Shown: positions 10,851-20,351 of the stretch, piece after piece
Layout: each line of letters opens with the position of its first letter
Numbering within the stretch: the stretch's first letter is position 1
DNA from: Desulfocapsaceae bacterium
Lineage (GTDB): Bacteria; Desulfobacterota; Desulfobulbia; Desulfobulbales; Desulfocapsaceae
Direction of reading: 5' to 3'
DNA: 64,000 nt
Assembly: GCA_046705065.1 (NCBI GenBank)
Contig: JBJKQT010000107.1
Location: forward strand, 7,836 to 71,835
The notes under the pieces: model-generated
Databases searched by the model: none
Seen by the model: only the letters and a program-made list of their open reading frames with translations
Told to the model about the DNA's origin: nothing
Made by a program: the position numbers and the translations under genes

Positions 10851-12233
10851 ATGCCGTATCTTTTCAATAAATATTACCACTTCAGAGACATCGTTTTTTT
10901 CTTTGGCGAAGGTCTTCTTATCTTCATGTCCCTGTTGATTGTGGATTGGATCTACCGGGGAAGTTTTCTCTTCCGCATCAGTGCCTACGATGAGATTGTT
11001 CGGGCGGCTGTTGTAACGGTAATTTTTCAGTCGAGCCTGTACTTTTTCGATCTCTATGATTTAAAAAAAGATCTTTCTCTTTTCAACACGGCAACGCGTA
11101 TTACCCAATCCTTCGGAGTCGGATGCATTATCCTGGGAATACTTTATTATTCGTTGCCGAAGATGATTATCCCATCCAAAGTATTCTGGACGGGATACCT
11201 GATTCTCTGCGTGCTGATTTTGCTTTGGCGTGCTGTGTACTATTTCGTGCTGAGAAGAAGAATGTTCGTGAGGGAAATAGTCGTCCTCGGCACGGGGAAG
11301 TTAGCGGAAGATATTTCTCGGGAGATCGAAGGGAAACACAATTCCTCCTATCGGATTCAGGCGTTCATTGGTGACAGAAAAACGATCTATAATCCCAAAA
11401 GTGCACCGTTCTTCAAAGATATTGACGAAATGGAGACTATGCGGCCGGGAAAGCATATCGAGAAAATAGTGGTGGCACTCGATGATCGAAGAGGAGCGAT
11501 GCCCATTAAAGCGTTACTCAAATATAAAATGCGAGGGACCGTAATAGAACAGGGGATCAGTTTTTATGAGAGGGTAACGGGCCGATTGTTGGTGGAAAAC
11601 ATGGATCCGAGTTCGATAATCTTCTCCACCGGATTTGCACTCAGCAGATGGCTGTTTATGCTGAAACGAGTGGTCGATATTGCTCTTTCTCTTTTAATAC
11701 TGTTGATCTCCTCTCCGGTTCTTCTTCTCTCGGCTATCATAATCAAGATTGAATCTCCCGGACCGATTCTGTACAGTCAGGAACGAGTCGGTTCTAAAAA
11801 TAGACCGTTTAGGGTGTATAAATTACGCTCCATGCGTCAGGATGCGGAACAAAACGGCGCGGTATGGGCTAAAGAAAACGACGACCGTGTGACTCGTTTC
11901 GGACGAATCAGCCGAAAATTCCGCATTGATGAACTTCCTCAGCTCTGGAATGTGATGAAAGGAGATATGAGTCTTGTCGGTCCACGGCCGGAGCGTACCG
12001 TATTTGTAGAGCAACTCGCGGAAAAATTACCATTTTACCTGTTGCGGCATGACGTGAAGCCGGGTATTACAGGCTGGGCGCAGGTTTGTTACCCTTATGG
12101 GGCATCCGAGGAGGATGCGCTGCGCAAGCTGGAATATGATTTGTATTACATAAAAAATCTTTCCATCTCAATGGATCTCCTTGTGGTCTTCATGACTGTA
12201 AAAACAGTTTTGCGCAAAAAAGGAGCCAGGTGA
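10851..12233 (+). CDS. exopolysaccharide-priming polyprenyl glycosylphosphotransferase (bacterial sugar transferase family)
   Basis: Multi-TM N-terminus. The C-terminal catalytic domain reads KRVVDIALSLLILLISSPVLL...PGPILYSQERVG..FRVYKLRSM...DELPQLWNVMKGDMSLVGPRPE. Confidence 0.8.
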   Translation: MPYLFNKYYHFRDIVFFFGEGLLIFMSLLIVDWIYRGSFLFRISAYDEIVRAAVVTVIFQSSLYFFDLYDLKKDLSLFNTATRITQSFGVGCIILGILYYSLPKMIIPSKVFWTGYLILCVLILLWRAVYYFVLRRRMFVREIVVLGTGKLAEDISREIEGKHNSSYRIQAFIGDRKTIYNPKSAPFFKDIDEMETMRPGKHIEKIVVALDDRRGAMPIKALLKYKMRGTVIEQGISFYERVTGRLLVENMDPSSIIFSTGFALSRWLFMLKRVVDIALSLLILLISSPVLLLSAIIIKIESPGPILYSQERVGSKNRPFRVYKLRSMRQDAEQNGAVWAKENDDRVTRFGRISRKFRIDELPQLWNVMKGDMSLVGPRPERTVFVEQLAEKLPFYLLRHDVKPGITGWAQVCYPYGASEEDALRKLEYDLYYIKNLSISMDLLVVFMTVKTVLRKKGAR

Positions 12234-12278
12234 CAGGTATCACGGATGGGGATTATTATGTGGAATGCAAAAACCTAA

Positions 12279-15200
12279 ATGGTGGGGAAGGACAAGAAGA
12301 TCGGGAGCTCAATGATGACAGATGCAACCAGTCAAAACGAAGCATTGGAAGCCTTGCAGGCGTTCAATACTGCTATTACGACCACTCGCCTCTATCCTGC
12401 CGATGCCCCGCAGGTTCCGGCCTCGGTGGAAAAAGCCTATCAAGCAATCAAGCACCATCTGCGAAAAAACGGCGAGTTGGTAATAAGCATCCAGGAAGGT
12501 GAGGGAATGCTTTGCGGCATGCCGATTCAAAAGCAAACACTCGGCAAATTGCATGGTGCTGATGTTTTTCAACATATGAGGTTGCTCGATCTGTCATTTA
12601 CCGTTATGCGTCCGGGGATCGATCGCAAGACCTTTAAGTCGATACTCGGCTTTTTCACCACTCCTTATCAGAAGATTAAAAATGAAGGCGGAGGGCTGGA
12701 TTATGCCGCTCAAGTCGGTCTGGGAAAGGTTTTCCCCGAATCGTATGCCGTAAAGGTCGATCGTCCGCTGCAGGATTCGGATGCTGTTTTGCAGACCTTT
12801 GGAGCATCTCTGTCGGATACACGAACCGAGTGGGTGGATTTTCTCGCCGGAAATTTCGACGATGACTCCACTAGCCTGGAGGTTTCGCAGACTTTCGGCG
12901 ATCCGGACAAGGCAGCGAGAACAATTGTAGCATGTATTATAAAAATATTGCAGCAGATCCGAAAAACGGAACCTGAGGGATCGTCACCGGTATTTGACCG
13001 TATCCAGCAAAATGTAGATGAACTCTTGGATCAGCCCCGGAAACAGGAGGTGGCGTTGAAAACCGCGGATTTGCTTCTCCAAGGTCTCAATGGGGCGATT
13101 CTCAGCGAATTTGTATCTCAAAAGTTCACAGGGTTTTTTGGGGAAGCCTTGTTGAACGCCTTTATGGTCAAGGTCAGCAACGATGCCTTTCGGGAAATCA
13201 TCGACTCTCTCCGTGAGAAGGAAAAAACGTATCAAGAAAAATACGGTGTCGATTCCAATCAATCTCGTTATGTGCAAAAAACGACTTCTCGCCTTTTAGA
13301 TACGATCCGAGGAAAACAGTTTCAGGCCCTTGAAAAGACACGGTCAATCCTGGAGGAAGGAGAAAAGGAAAGGCGGAGAAAACGTATTCAAGCAGGTCTC
13401 AATGCGATACTGCAGGGCAAGATATCCGTTTTGGAAAATGATGAGGTTGTCCAACATCTTCCCCAAACGGTCGAACGGCTTCTTGCCAACCACAAAGACG
13501 ACGTTGCCGCTCTTTTGACCGAGAAACTCATCAAGGAGTTGCTTAAAAGAAATAAAAAAATCGAAGAAAAGATAAGCGGAAGCCTGGGGCGCATCGGTAG
13601 TATTCTCGTCCAGTCCAAGAAGTGGGATTGGCTGGAAAAATTGGCCGTGCCGTTTCTGCTCTGGGTTAAAGAGGCTGATAAGGCGGATTCTGTATATGAG
13701 GAGATTGTCACTGTTCTTAAACAGGTCATGCTGCACGGTTGGGAAGTGGGCAGCAACAAGACGGCAGATCAGATTCTCAATGTTCTGTTCGGTATTCGGT
13801 CCGGACTTATTCCGAAGTCCCAGAAAGTGATACAACTCACCGGAAAGATACAGGATAAGTTCATGGACAGGAGATTCCTGGAAGCGCTTTTGACCAGATG
13901 CCTGACCGATCCGGCAGATGAAGTCCTGGGGCAAAGGCTCAGCATGCAGGGGCCCGTTGCAGCGAGTTTCCTGATTTCAAGGCTTCTCAGTTCCGATAAC
14001 CCTGGAGAACGTATTCGGATATTGGATCTGCTTGCCAATATGGGATCATTGTTGCCGGCGGTTATCGTGGAAAAGTTGCCGGAGCCCATGCCGTGGTTCG
14101 GCAAGAGAAATCTTCTTAAACTTTTGGCAGAGACCGGGAATGAATCGCATATGGATGCAGTTCTTGCTTATCTCAGTCATGATGATGTGCGGGTACAGCA
14201 GGAGGCCTTTGTCTGTCTCTACAAGATTTGTGGAAACAGCAGGAAAAAAGCTTTACTCGATGCTCTTGCCTTGGCTGGAGAAACAATGAAAATTCAAGTT
14301 GTTAAGGCCTTGTCTTCTCTGGTGGATGATGAGGTGGCCGGGCACTTGATAGAACTCTTACAGGATCAGGAAAACTTTTCCCAAAATACCAGAAGCCCGC
14401 TTATCCAACAGATAAGCCGTACTTTGGCCCGTTCAACATCCGAGGAGGGCCGTGAAGCTTTGGAGAAGTTCCTTGCACAGCGTCGGAAGGGCAGTGCTAA
14501 AAAGCTTGAGCCGGAGGTCTGGAAATCTGTGGAAAACGCCATTCAGCAGATTCGGGACAATCAGGAGAACCAGGGCTCGTCAGCCGGTAAAATGCAGGAA
14601 AATACTCCCTATGCTTTTCCGATAAAAGAATTGGAAGGGGAACAACTTATTACCAATTTTTCCGAAGAACAGCAAATCAGAGCCTACCTTGATCAGGATA
14701 ATAAGGCAGGCGCCAAAGTCATGCTTTCGGACCTCATAACACGTACCGCTAAAATGCGGCAGTTTGTCCAAGCGGAGAAATTGCGTGAATGGCTTATCGA
14801 AATCGACCCGCTGGCCCTGACTGAAATCATTCAGGCAGCCGAAATAATCGAGAGCGAAAAGACATCCTCCATAGATAAAGAGCATCTGGAGACGTGGAGC
14901 GGCCTCTACGATGTTCTGACTACGGAAGAATTCAATGCCCTTTATTATTCTTTTGAATCCAAACAATATGCCGCCGAAGAAGTGATCATCAAACAGGGAA
15001 CGATTCGTCCCTCGTTGTTCTTCATCAATTCCGGACGGGTGAAACTCTATTTCAAAGAAGACGATTCCGAGACCTTGGTCAAGGTAGCCGATCGAGGTGA
15101 AGTCCTCGGGGCAACGTCTTTTTTTTCCGCCTCTGTCTGGACCATTAATGCCGCAGCTCTGGGGTATACAGAGGTTTCCATACTGGATTATGAGAAGATC

Positions 15201-15668
15201 GTGGAGTGGCATAAAGACTATCCGGCCCTGGAGTCGAAGCTCAATGATTTTTGCATGCGATTCGAAGGAAGCAAAGACTTTTTTCAGAAAACCGGGAAGG
15301 ATCGAAGAGCGGACGAGAGGGTCGCGCTCACAGGCCGGATTACGGCGATTGTCCTTGATCGGTATGGAAAAGAAACAGGCATCGTTTCCAAAGGAGATCT
15401 GACCGATATTTCCATCGGGGGAACATCGTTTTTTCTACATATTTCCCAAAAACGCAATGCCCGGTTACTTCTTGGGAGAAACGTACGTGTCGTTTTTCCT
15501 ACGGAATCAATGTCGTCCGGCAAGCTTTTCAGGAAAGAAGGAGTCATTGTAGCCGTTTTTTCCCATCGAGTGATGCAAAACGAATACTCAGCTCACGTTC
15601 GTTTTGATAGTCCGCTGGAGGCTAAAGATATGCAAGGAATCACCGATGCCTTAAAACAGGAACAGTAA
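12279..15668 (+). CDS. large multidomain protein: N-terminal unknown region, HEAT-like repeats, cNMP-binding-like domain, C-terminal PilZ domain
   Basis: 1129-aa ORF. The likely start is ATG 12312, with GGGAG 4 nt upstream. HEAT-like repeats read LLSSDNPGERIRILDLLANMG and LSHDDVRVQQEAFVCLYKI. The cNMP-like fold reads IIKQGTIRPSLFFINSGRVKLY...GEVLGATSFF. The PilZ motifs are RRADER and DISIGG. Confidence 0.7.
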   Translation: MVGKDKKIGSSMMTDATSQNEALEALQAFNTAITTTRLYPADAPQVPASVEKAYQAIKHHLRKNGELVISIQEGEGMLCGMPIQKQTLGKLHGADVFQHMRLLDLSFTVMRPGIDRKTFKSILGFFTTPYQKIKNEGGGLDYAAQVGLGKVFPESYAVKVDRPLQDSDAVLQTFGASLSDTRTEWVDFLAGNFDDDSTSLEVSQTFGDPDKAARTIVACIIKILQQIRKTEPEGSSPVFDRIQQNVDELLDQPRKQEVALKTADLLLQGLNGAILSEFVSQKFTGFFGEALLNAFMVKVSNDAFREIIDSLREKEKTYQEKYGVDSNQSRYVQKTTSRLLDTIRGKQFQALEKTRSILEEGEKERRRKRIQAGLNAILQGKISVLENDEVVQHLPQTVERLLANHKDDVAALLTEKLIKELLKRNKKIEEKISGSLGRIGSILVQSKKWDWLEKLAVPFLLWVKEADKADSVYEEIVTVLKQVMLHGWEVGSNKTADQILNVLFGIRSGLIPKSQKVIQLTGKIQDKFMDRRFLEALLTRCLTDPADEVLGQRLSMQGPVAASFLISRLLSSDNPGERIRILDLLANMGSLLPAVIVEKLPEPMPWFGKRNLLKLLAETGNESHMDAVLAYLSHDDVRVQQEAFVCLYKICGNSRKKALLDALALAGETMKIQVVKALSSLVDDEVAGHLIELLQDQENFSQNTRSPLIQQISRTLARSTSEEGREALEKFLAQRRKGSAKKLEPEVWKSVENAIQQIRDNQENQGSSAGKMQENTPYAFPIKELEGEQLITNFSEEQQIRAYLDQDNKAGAKVMLSDLITRTAKMRQFVQAEKLREWLIEIDPLALTEIIQAAEIIESEKTSSIDKEHLETWSGLYDVLTTEEFNALYYSFESKQYAAEEVIIKQGTIRPSLFFINSGRVKLYFKEDDSETLVKVADRGEVLGATSFFSASVWTINAAALGYTEVSILDYEKIVEWHKDYPALESKLNDFCMRFEGSKDFFQKTGKDRRADERVALTGRITAIVLDRYGKETGIVSKGDLTDISIGGTSFFLHISQKRNARLLLGRNVRVVFPTESMSSGKLFRKEGVIVAVFSHRVMQNEYSAHVRFDSPLEAKDMQGITDALKQEQ

Positions 15669-15681
15669 AGAAGGAGTTCCC

Positions 15682-16701
15682 ATGGCGATTACAAGTTATC
15701 CGGAAGAACAGCGGATTCATGAGGTCTTTGACCAAGGAGAGAAGGAAAAAGGAAAGAAACTTCTGCTCGAACTCATTATGACTGCGGCCAAGCAGAGAAA
15801 GTTCACCGATGCGGAGAACCTCCGTAAATGGTTGATGGACGTGGACTCTATGGCCTTGACCGAAAGTATCAAAGCGGCGAAAATCATCGAAGAGGAGAAA
15901 GCTTCATCTGTTGATAAAAACTTTATAAACGTTTGGCCTGCCCTTTCCGCCGTACTCGAACCCAGCGATTTTTTCACCCTCTATCACTCTTTGGAACATC
16001 GGCATTTTGCCAAAGGGGAAATGATTGCCAAGCAAGGGTCGAAGCAATCGGCACTGTATTTTATCAACAGCGGCAGAGTCGAACTTTTCTATAATGGGAA
16101 TGATGGATCGACGCCGATTAAAACCCTCGGTCCCGGAGAGATCCTCGGAAGTGCAACTTTTTTCGAAGCTTCGGTGTGGACGCTGTCCGCCAGGAGTCTC
16201 GATGCGGACCTGTCTCTCTTGAAAGTGGACAATCTCCAGGACTTGAAAGAGGATCATCCAGCTTTGGAATCGAACCTGAATGATTTCTGCCTTAGGTTTA
16301 GAATTCCCTATGAATCCATCAAGAAAGTTGGCCGTGACCGCAGGGTTTTGGAGCGCAAACGTATTTCCGGCAGGGTGGCAATGGCTTTGCTGGACAGGGA
16401 GGGTAAGGACGCCGGGAGTGGTGTGCGGGGCGATCTCTTCGATATTTCCATCGGCGGCCTTTCCTTTTTCCTGCGTATTTCCCAGAAAAAAAACGCCAGG
16501 CTTCTCTTGGGCAGAAAGGTTCGGTTTACCCTGCCTTTGAAGGGTGATCGTACTTTCAGCATAACCGGCGATATCCTTGCTGTTCGCAGCCAACCGGTGG
16601 TCGGCAATGAGTATTCCATTCACAGTCGTTTTGAAAGGGAGTTGAATCCCAGTGAGTTAAAGGAGTTGCTGACGGTGAATAAGAAAGTGGAAGAATCATG
16701 A
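15682..16701 (+). CDS. cNMP-binding-like + PilZ protein, paralog of the C-terminal ~340 aa of the upstream gene
   Basis: An AAGGAG RBS lies in the 13-nt gap after 15668. The protein is colinear with residues ~794-1129 of the upstream protein, sharing FINSGRV, PALES.LNDFC.RF and DISIGG.SFFL.ISQK.NARLLLGR.VR. The PilZ motifs are RRVLER and DISIGG. Confidence 0.75.
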   Translation: MAITSYPEEQRIHEVFDQGEKEKGKKLLLELIMTAAKQRKFTDAENLRKWLMDVDSMALTESIKAAKIIEEEKASSVDKNFINVWPALSAVLEPSDFFTLYHSLEHRHFAKGEMIAKQGSKQSALYFINSGRVELFYNGNDGSTPIKTLGPGEILGSATFFEASVWTLSARSLDADLSLLKVDNLQDLKEDHPALESNLNDFCLRFRIPYESIKKVGRDRRVLERKRISGRVAMALLDREGKDAGSGVRGDLFDISIGGLSFFLRISQKKNARLLLGRKVRFTLPLKGDRTFSITGDILAVRSQPVVGNEYSIHSRFERELNPSELKELLTVNKKVEES

Positions 16702-18470
16702 CCGAGCGGCTCGATCCGATTTCCCGGTTTTATACGGCACATCTTCCTCAAGGTCATTTTGATAAAAAGGTTCTCACGGCCGATTGCCCATTTTGTTCAA
16801 GACGACATACTGAAAATAAAGGAAAAATAATTGTCTTTTTAAACAAGGGCAGTTTTTTTCACGGATATTTTCGTTGCCTGAACCGCTGTGTCCCCGGAGG
16901 GTTTCCTCTCTGGTTTGCCCGTCTTGCCGGAATCGATCCGGCAGAAGTGCCAGGTTTTGATCCGGATCGGGAGCCGTTTTTACTTCAAACTGATTATCCT
17001 GCAAGCAATATCAACGACGAAATCAAGAGCTACCAGGATCGGATGACTCCCGAATTATCGGCCTATTTTCAACAGGCCGATGTGACATCGTCCGCACTTT
17101 CGGAAATGCGTATCGGGTATAATGGACGCTATCTGATTTATCCTTATTTTCAAAGCGACGGTAATTGCTACTCGGCTCGGTGCGTTTTTCCCGACAAACC
17201 TAATGATTTCTTTTGGCACGGTGACGAGCGTTTTTTTTCTGAAAAATTTCAGTTGTTCAACGTTCAGGATATCGAACGGTGTGAAAACGGGACTCTCTTC
17301 CTGTGCGAGGGAGAAGATAATCTACTGACGTTGAAACAGCTCGGTTTTCCGGGAATTGCCGTTCCCGACAGCCGGGCTCTGGAAGCGGTCGATCCCGATC
17401 GCTTTGCCTTTGTAAATACCCTGTTCATCGTTACGGTCAACAATGCTGAGTCTGAGGCCGCTGCCAGGTCCGTTGCGGCCAGAATCGGCTATAAGGTCCG
17501 CCTGTTTACCTGGCCCGCAGGTTTGTCACGTAATTTTTGTTTGTGGGAACTGGCAAAGGATAAGGAAAAGAAGTTCCGCACAGTCGTCTCTTCGATGATC
17601 AATGCCTCGCGGGCTTTTTCTCCTTTTCCGAGCCCGGAGAAGGAGGAAAAACGGTTCTTTGACTGTCTCTTATTGGAAACAGGGAAGGAGTACGGTGCTC
17701 TGCGCTCCGGATATACCAAGCTGGATGCCGCCCTTGGCGGCATCCACGGAATCAACGTCATGGGCGGAGCACCGAAAATCGGCAAATCGTGTTTTATGAT
17801 TCAGATCGCCACCGAGATGGCCGGAAGGGGCATTCCCGTTCTGTATTATGATTTTGAAAACGGGAGGCAAAAGATCTACCAACGAACACTTGCCCGGATG
17901 AGCAGATTGACCACAGGTCAGTTGCGGCAACAGAACTGGACGGAACATGAGAGGCAAAGCTATGACTTGGCCTGCAGGGATTTTAAGAAGATGCTTTTTT
18001 CCTTCCGGGTGGTCAATGACCGCAAGGTGAATCCGGAAATCATGCGGCGGCATATCGATTTTATTCGTCATGAGACCCGATCGGAATATACCGTGGTCGT
18101 CATCGACAGTCTCCATAAACTGCCGTTTAAGGATATTTCGGAGAGGCGTAGCGGGATAGACGCCTGGCTGCGCCAACTGGAATCGATACGGGACGACCTT
18201 CAGGTTTCCTTTCTTGTCATTTCGGAGTTGACGAGAGGTGCTGAAGGATCCTACAAGGAGACGCCGCATCTCGGAATATTCAAGGGAACAGGCGATATCG
18301 AATACAGTGCCGACAATGCGATGGTCTTTTTCCCGGCCTGGGACCAGATGGACGACAGCAAGACCAGGAGCAACGCGCTTTGGCTGGTGGCGAGCCGGGA
18401 GCATAGTCCTGGGCTGATTAGCCACTACACCTTGGATTATCCCTATTGGGGGTTCGTCGAAGAAGAATAA
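16698..18470 (+). CDS. T7 gp4/Twinkle-like protein: Cys4 zinc finger + primase core/Toprim + DnaB-family helicase C-terminal (RecA-like) domain
   Basis: ATGA start/stop overlap with the upstream gene.
- Zinc finger: CPFC...CLNRC.
- DnaG-like stretch: [26 protein letters not shown].
- Toprim glutamate motif: [13 protein letters not shown].
- DnaB_C-like motifs: Walker [25 protein letters not shown] and [11 protein letters not shown]. Confidence 0.7.
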   Translation: MTERLDPISRFYTAHLPQGHFDKKVLTADCPFCSRRHTENKGKIIVFLNKGSFFHGYFRCLNRCVPGGFPLWFARLAGIDPAEVPGFDPDREPFLLQTDYPASNINDEIKSYQDRMTPELSAYFQQADVTSSALSEMRIGYNGRYLIYPYFQSDGNCYSARCVFPDKPNDFFWHGDERFFSEKFQLFNVQDIERCENGTLFLCEGEDNLLTLKQLGFPGIAVPDSRALEAVDPDRFAFVNTLFIVTVNNAESEAAARSVAARIGYKVRLFTWPAGLSRNFCLWELAKDKEKKFRTVVSSMINASRAFSPFPSPEKEEKRFFDCLLLETGKEYGALRSGYTKLDAALGGIHGINVMGGAPKIGKSCFMIQIATEMAGRGIPVLYYDFENGRQKIYQRTLARMSRLTTGQLRQQNWTEHERQSYDLACRDFKKMLFSFRVVNDRKVNPEIMRRHIDFIRHETRSEYTVVVIDSLHKLPFKDISERRSGIDAWLRQLESIRDDLQVSFLVISELTRGAEGSYKETPHLGIFKGTGDIEYSADNAMVFFPAWDQMDDSKTRSNALWLVASREHSPGLISHYTLDYPYWGFVEEE

Positions 18471-19783
18471 TTCGCATCAATCCATCGTTGCAGAGAAGCC
18501 AAGGCGGTTTCAACCCGCATTTTCGCCCGCAACTTTTTCGGCACCTTTTTCTCCCAGGGGGGGAAAAGGCCGAAGGTAATGTTGGACGGCTGAAAATGTT
18601 TGGTCTTGCTTTGTGTCAGATGACCGATCAGGGCACCCAGGGCAGTATCGGGCGGCGGAACAACAGCTTGCCTGCCCGAGAATGTCCGTGCCGCATTGAT
18701 TCCTGCCAGCAACCCCATGGCTGCCGATTCCACGTAGCCTTCCACGCCGGAGAGCTGTCCCGCCAAAAAGAGGTCCTGCCGCGCTTTCGTTTGCAGCGTC
18801 GGCTCTAAGAGGTCCGGGGCGCAGACAAAGGTATTGCGATGGATGGAGCCGAGACGGCTGAATTCGGCGTTTGCCATACCGGGGATCATGCGGAATATTC
18901 GTTTTTGCTCCCCATAGGTGAGTTTGGTCTGGAAACCCACCATATTGTAATGGCTTCCCTCACGGTCTTCCTGTCTAAGCTGAACCACGGCATACGGTTC
19001 CCTGCCGGTTCCTGGGGCGGCAAGACCCACCGGTTTCATGGGACCGAAACGCAATGTGTCAACCCCGCGGGCGCACATTACCTCAATGGGCAGACAGCCC
19101 TCGAAGTACTCAGCCTCTTCGAAATCCTTCAGCGGCACATATTCCGCTTTTCGCAGCTCCTGCATGAAGTGAAGATACTGTTCTTTGTCCATGGGGCAAT
19201 TCAGATAGTCGCCCTCACCCTCGTCATAACGCGATTTTCGATAGATGATGGATGTATCCAGTGAATCTACCTGAACGATCGGTGCAATGGCATCGTAGAA
19301 GGAAAGTCCTTCTTTGCCGGTAAGTTTTGCAAGGGAGGCAGCCATTTCATCCGAGGTCAAGGGGCCGGTGGCCAAAATGATCGGGCATCCGGTTGCAGCA
19401 GGCAAGTCCTTCAGCTCTTCCCTGACGGTTTCGATGAGCGGGTGGTTAGCGATGACTTCAGTGATGTGGGCGGCAAAACGTTCTCTATCCACAGCCAGGG
19501 CTCTCCCGGCCGGTACGGCAGTTTGCCCGGCCGTCTGCATGATCAACGAGTTGAGCCTTCTCATCTCTTCTTTTAACAAGCCCACGGCAGAGGCGACATC
19601 GTTGGAGCGAAACGAGTTGCTGCAAACCAACTCCGCGAGATTCTCGGATGTGTGGGCAGGGCTGAATCTATGCGGTTTCATATCGTACAGACGCACGTGG
19701 CAACCCCTCGCCGCGATCTGCCAGGCGGCCTCGCATCCGGCCAGTCCGCCGCCGATTATCAGGATCTTTTTCTCAGTCGTCAT
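18443..19783 (-). CDS. trmFO: methylenetetrahydrofolate--tRNA-(uracil-5-)-methyltransferase TrmFO
   Basis: [21 protein letters not shown]... and full-length Gid/TrmFO-like sequence. The start at 19783 forms an ATGA overlap with the stop of the upstream 3D-domain gene. Confidence 0.9.
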   Translation of the reverse strand: MTTEKKILIIGGGLAGCEAAWQIAARGCHVRLYDMKPHRFSPAHTSENLAELVCSNSFRSNDVASAVGLLKEEMRRLNSLIMQTAGQTAVPAGRALAVDRERFAAHITEVIANHPLIETVREELKDLPAATGCPIILATGPLTSDEMAASLAKLTGKEGLSFYDAIAPIVQVDSLDTSIIYRKSRYDEGEGDYLNCPMDKEQYLHFMQELRKAEYVPLKDFEEAEYFEGCLPIEVMCARGVDTLRFGPMKPVGLAAPGTGREPYAVVQLRQEDREGSHYNMVGFQTKLTYGEQKRIFRMIPGMANAEFSRLGSIHRNTFVCAPDLLEPTLQTKARQDLFLAGQLSGVEGYVESAAMGLLAGINAARTFSGRQAVVPPPDTALGALIGHLTQSKTKHFQPSNITFGLFPPWEKKVPKKLRAKMRVETALASLQRWIDANYSSSTNPQ

Positions 19784-20334
19784 GGTCTTTCTATTTGAAC
19801 CGGCACCCGTCGTCTGCCCCATTGCATGGCATCGTCGTAGCTGTCAAAATAAAGGTCCAGCCGGTTGGGGCCTTTGATGGCGCTTCCCCGGTCTTCGACG
19901 GTGCCCCATCCATATCCCGGCACATACATCCGGGTTCCGAACGGGTAGTATCTGGTATCGGCGGCAATCGTCCCGTCTTCGGGCAGCAGATACCATGGAA
20001 AAAGGACGATACGGATGGGGATCATCCACGGATGTTCGATGCTGTCGGCCGAGAACAGCCCCGGTTGCGGCTCATGCGGTTTGGTGCCGCTTGCCGTGAG
20101 TCCCGAATACGGTTCTCCCGCCTGCGGGCCGGAACTGTAGTAGCGGTTCCAGATATCGAGCTTTAAGTATTTGATGCTTCCTCTGACGTAATTCCCGCAG
20201 TTGTCTTCACCGCAATACGCGGTTGTTTCCATCACCCGTCCCACCGGCATCTTGGCGCAACTGCCAAGCAGAAGTATCGCCGCAAGAAAAGGGAGCAGGA
20301 CAGAGGGGCGTGAAAGGCAAGTCGGTTTTTTCAT
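19780..20334 (-). CDS. 3D-domain (MltA-like) lipoprotein
   Basis: Lipobox-like [26 protein letters not shown] when started at 20334. The C-terminal [34 protein letters not shown] is a 3D domain. Confidence 0.7.
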   Translation of the reverse strand: MKKPTCLSRPSVLLPFLAAILLLGSCAKMPVGRVMETTAYCGEDNCGNYVRGSIKYLKLDIWNRYYSSGPQAGEPYSGLTASGTKPHEPQPGLFSADSIEHPWMIPIRIVLFPWYLLPEDGTIAADTRYYPFGTRMYVPGYGWGTVEDRGSAIKGPNRLDLYFDSYDDAMQWGRRRVPVQIERP

Positions 20335-20351
20335 CGGAACGATTCCACCTT

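Noticed and set aside
13344-18425. Long antisense ORFs inside the operon genes: 13344..13934, 14580..15212, 15904..16623 and 17670..18425, all on the minus strand.
   Set aside because: They lie fully inside much longer sense ORFs with clear domain content. Their translations are Arg/Gly/Pro-rich or low-complexity with no recognisable motifs, which is typical of shadow ORFs.
16698-18470. The primase-helicase gene as part of a prophage, satellite or ICE.
   Set aside because: There is no integrase, recombinase, capsid, terminase, repressor or relaxase gene and no flanking direct repeats within the window. The gene is translationally coupled to the PilZ gene upstream and abuts trmFO. The tRNA gene is 44 kb away.
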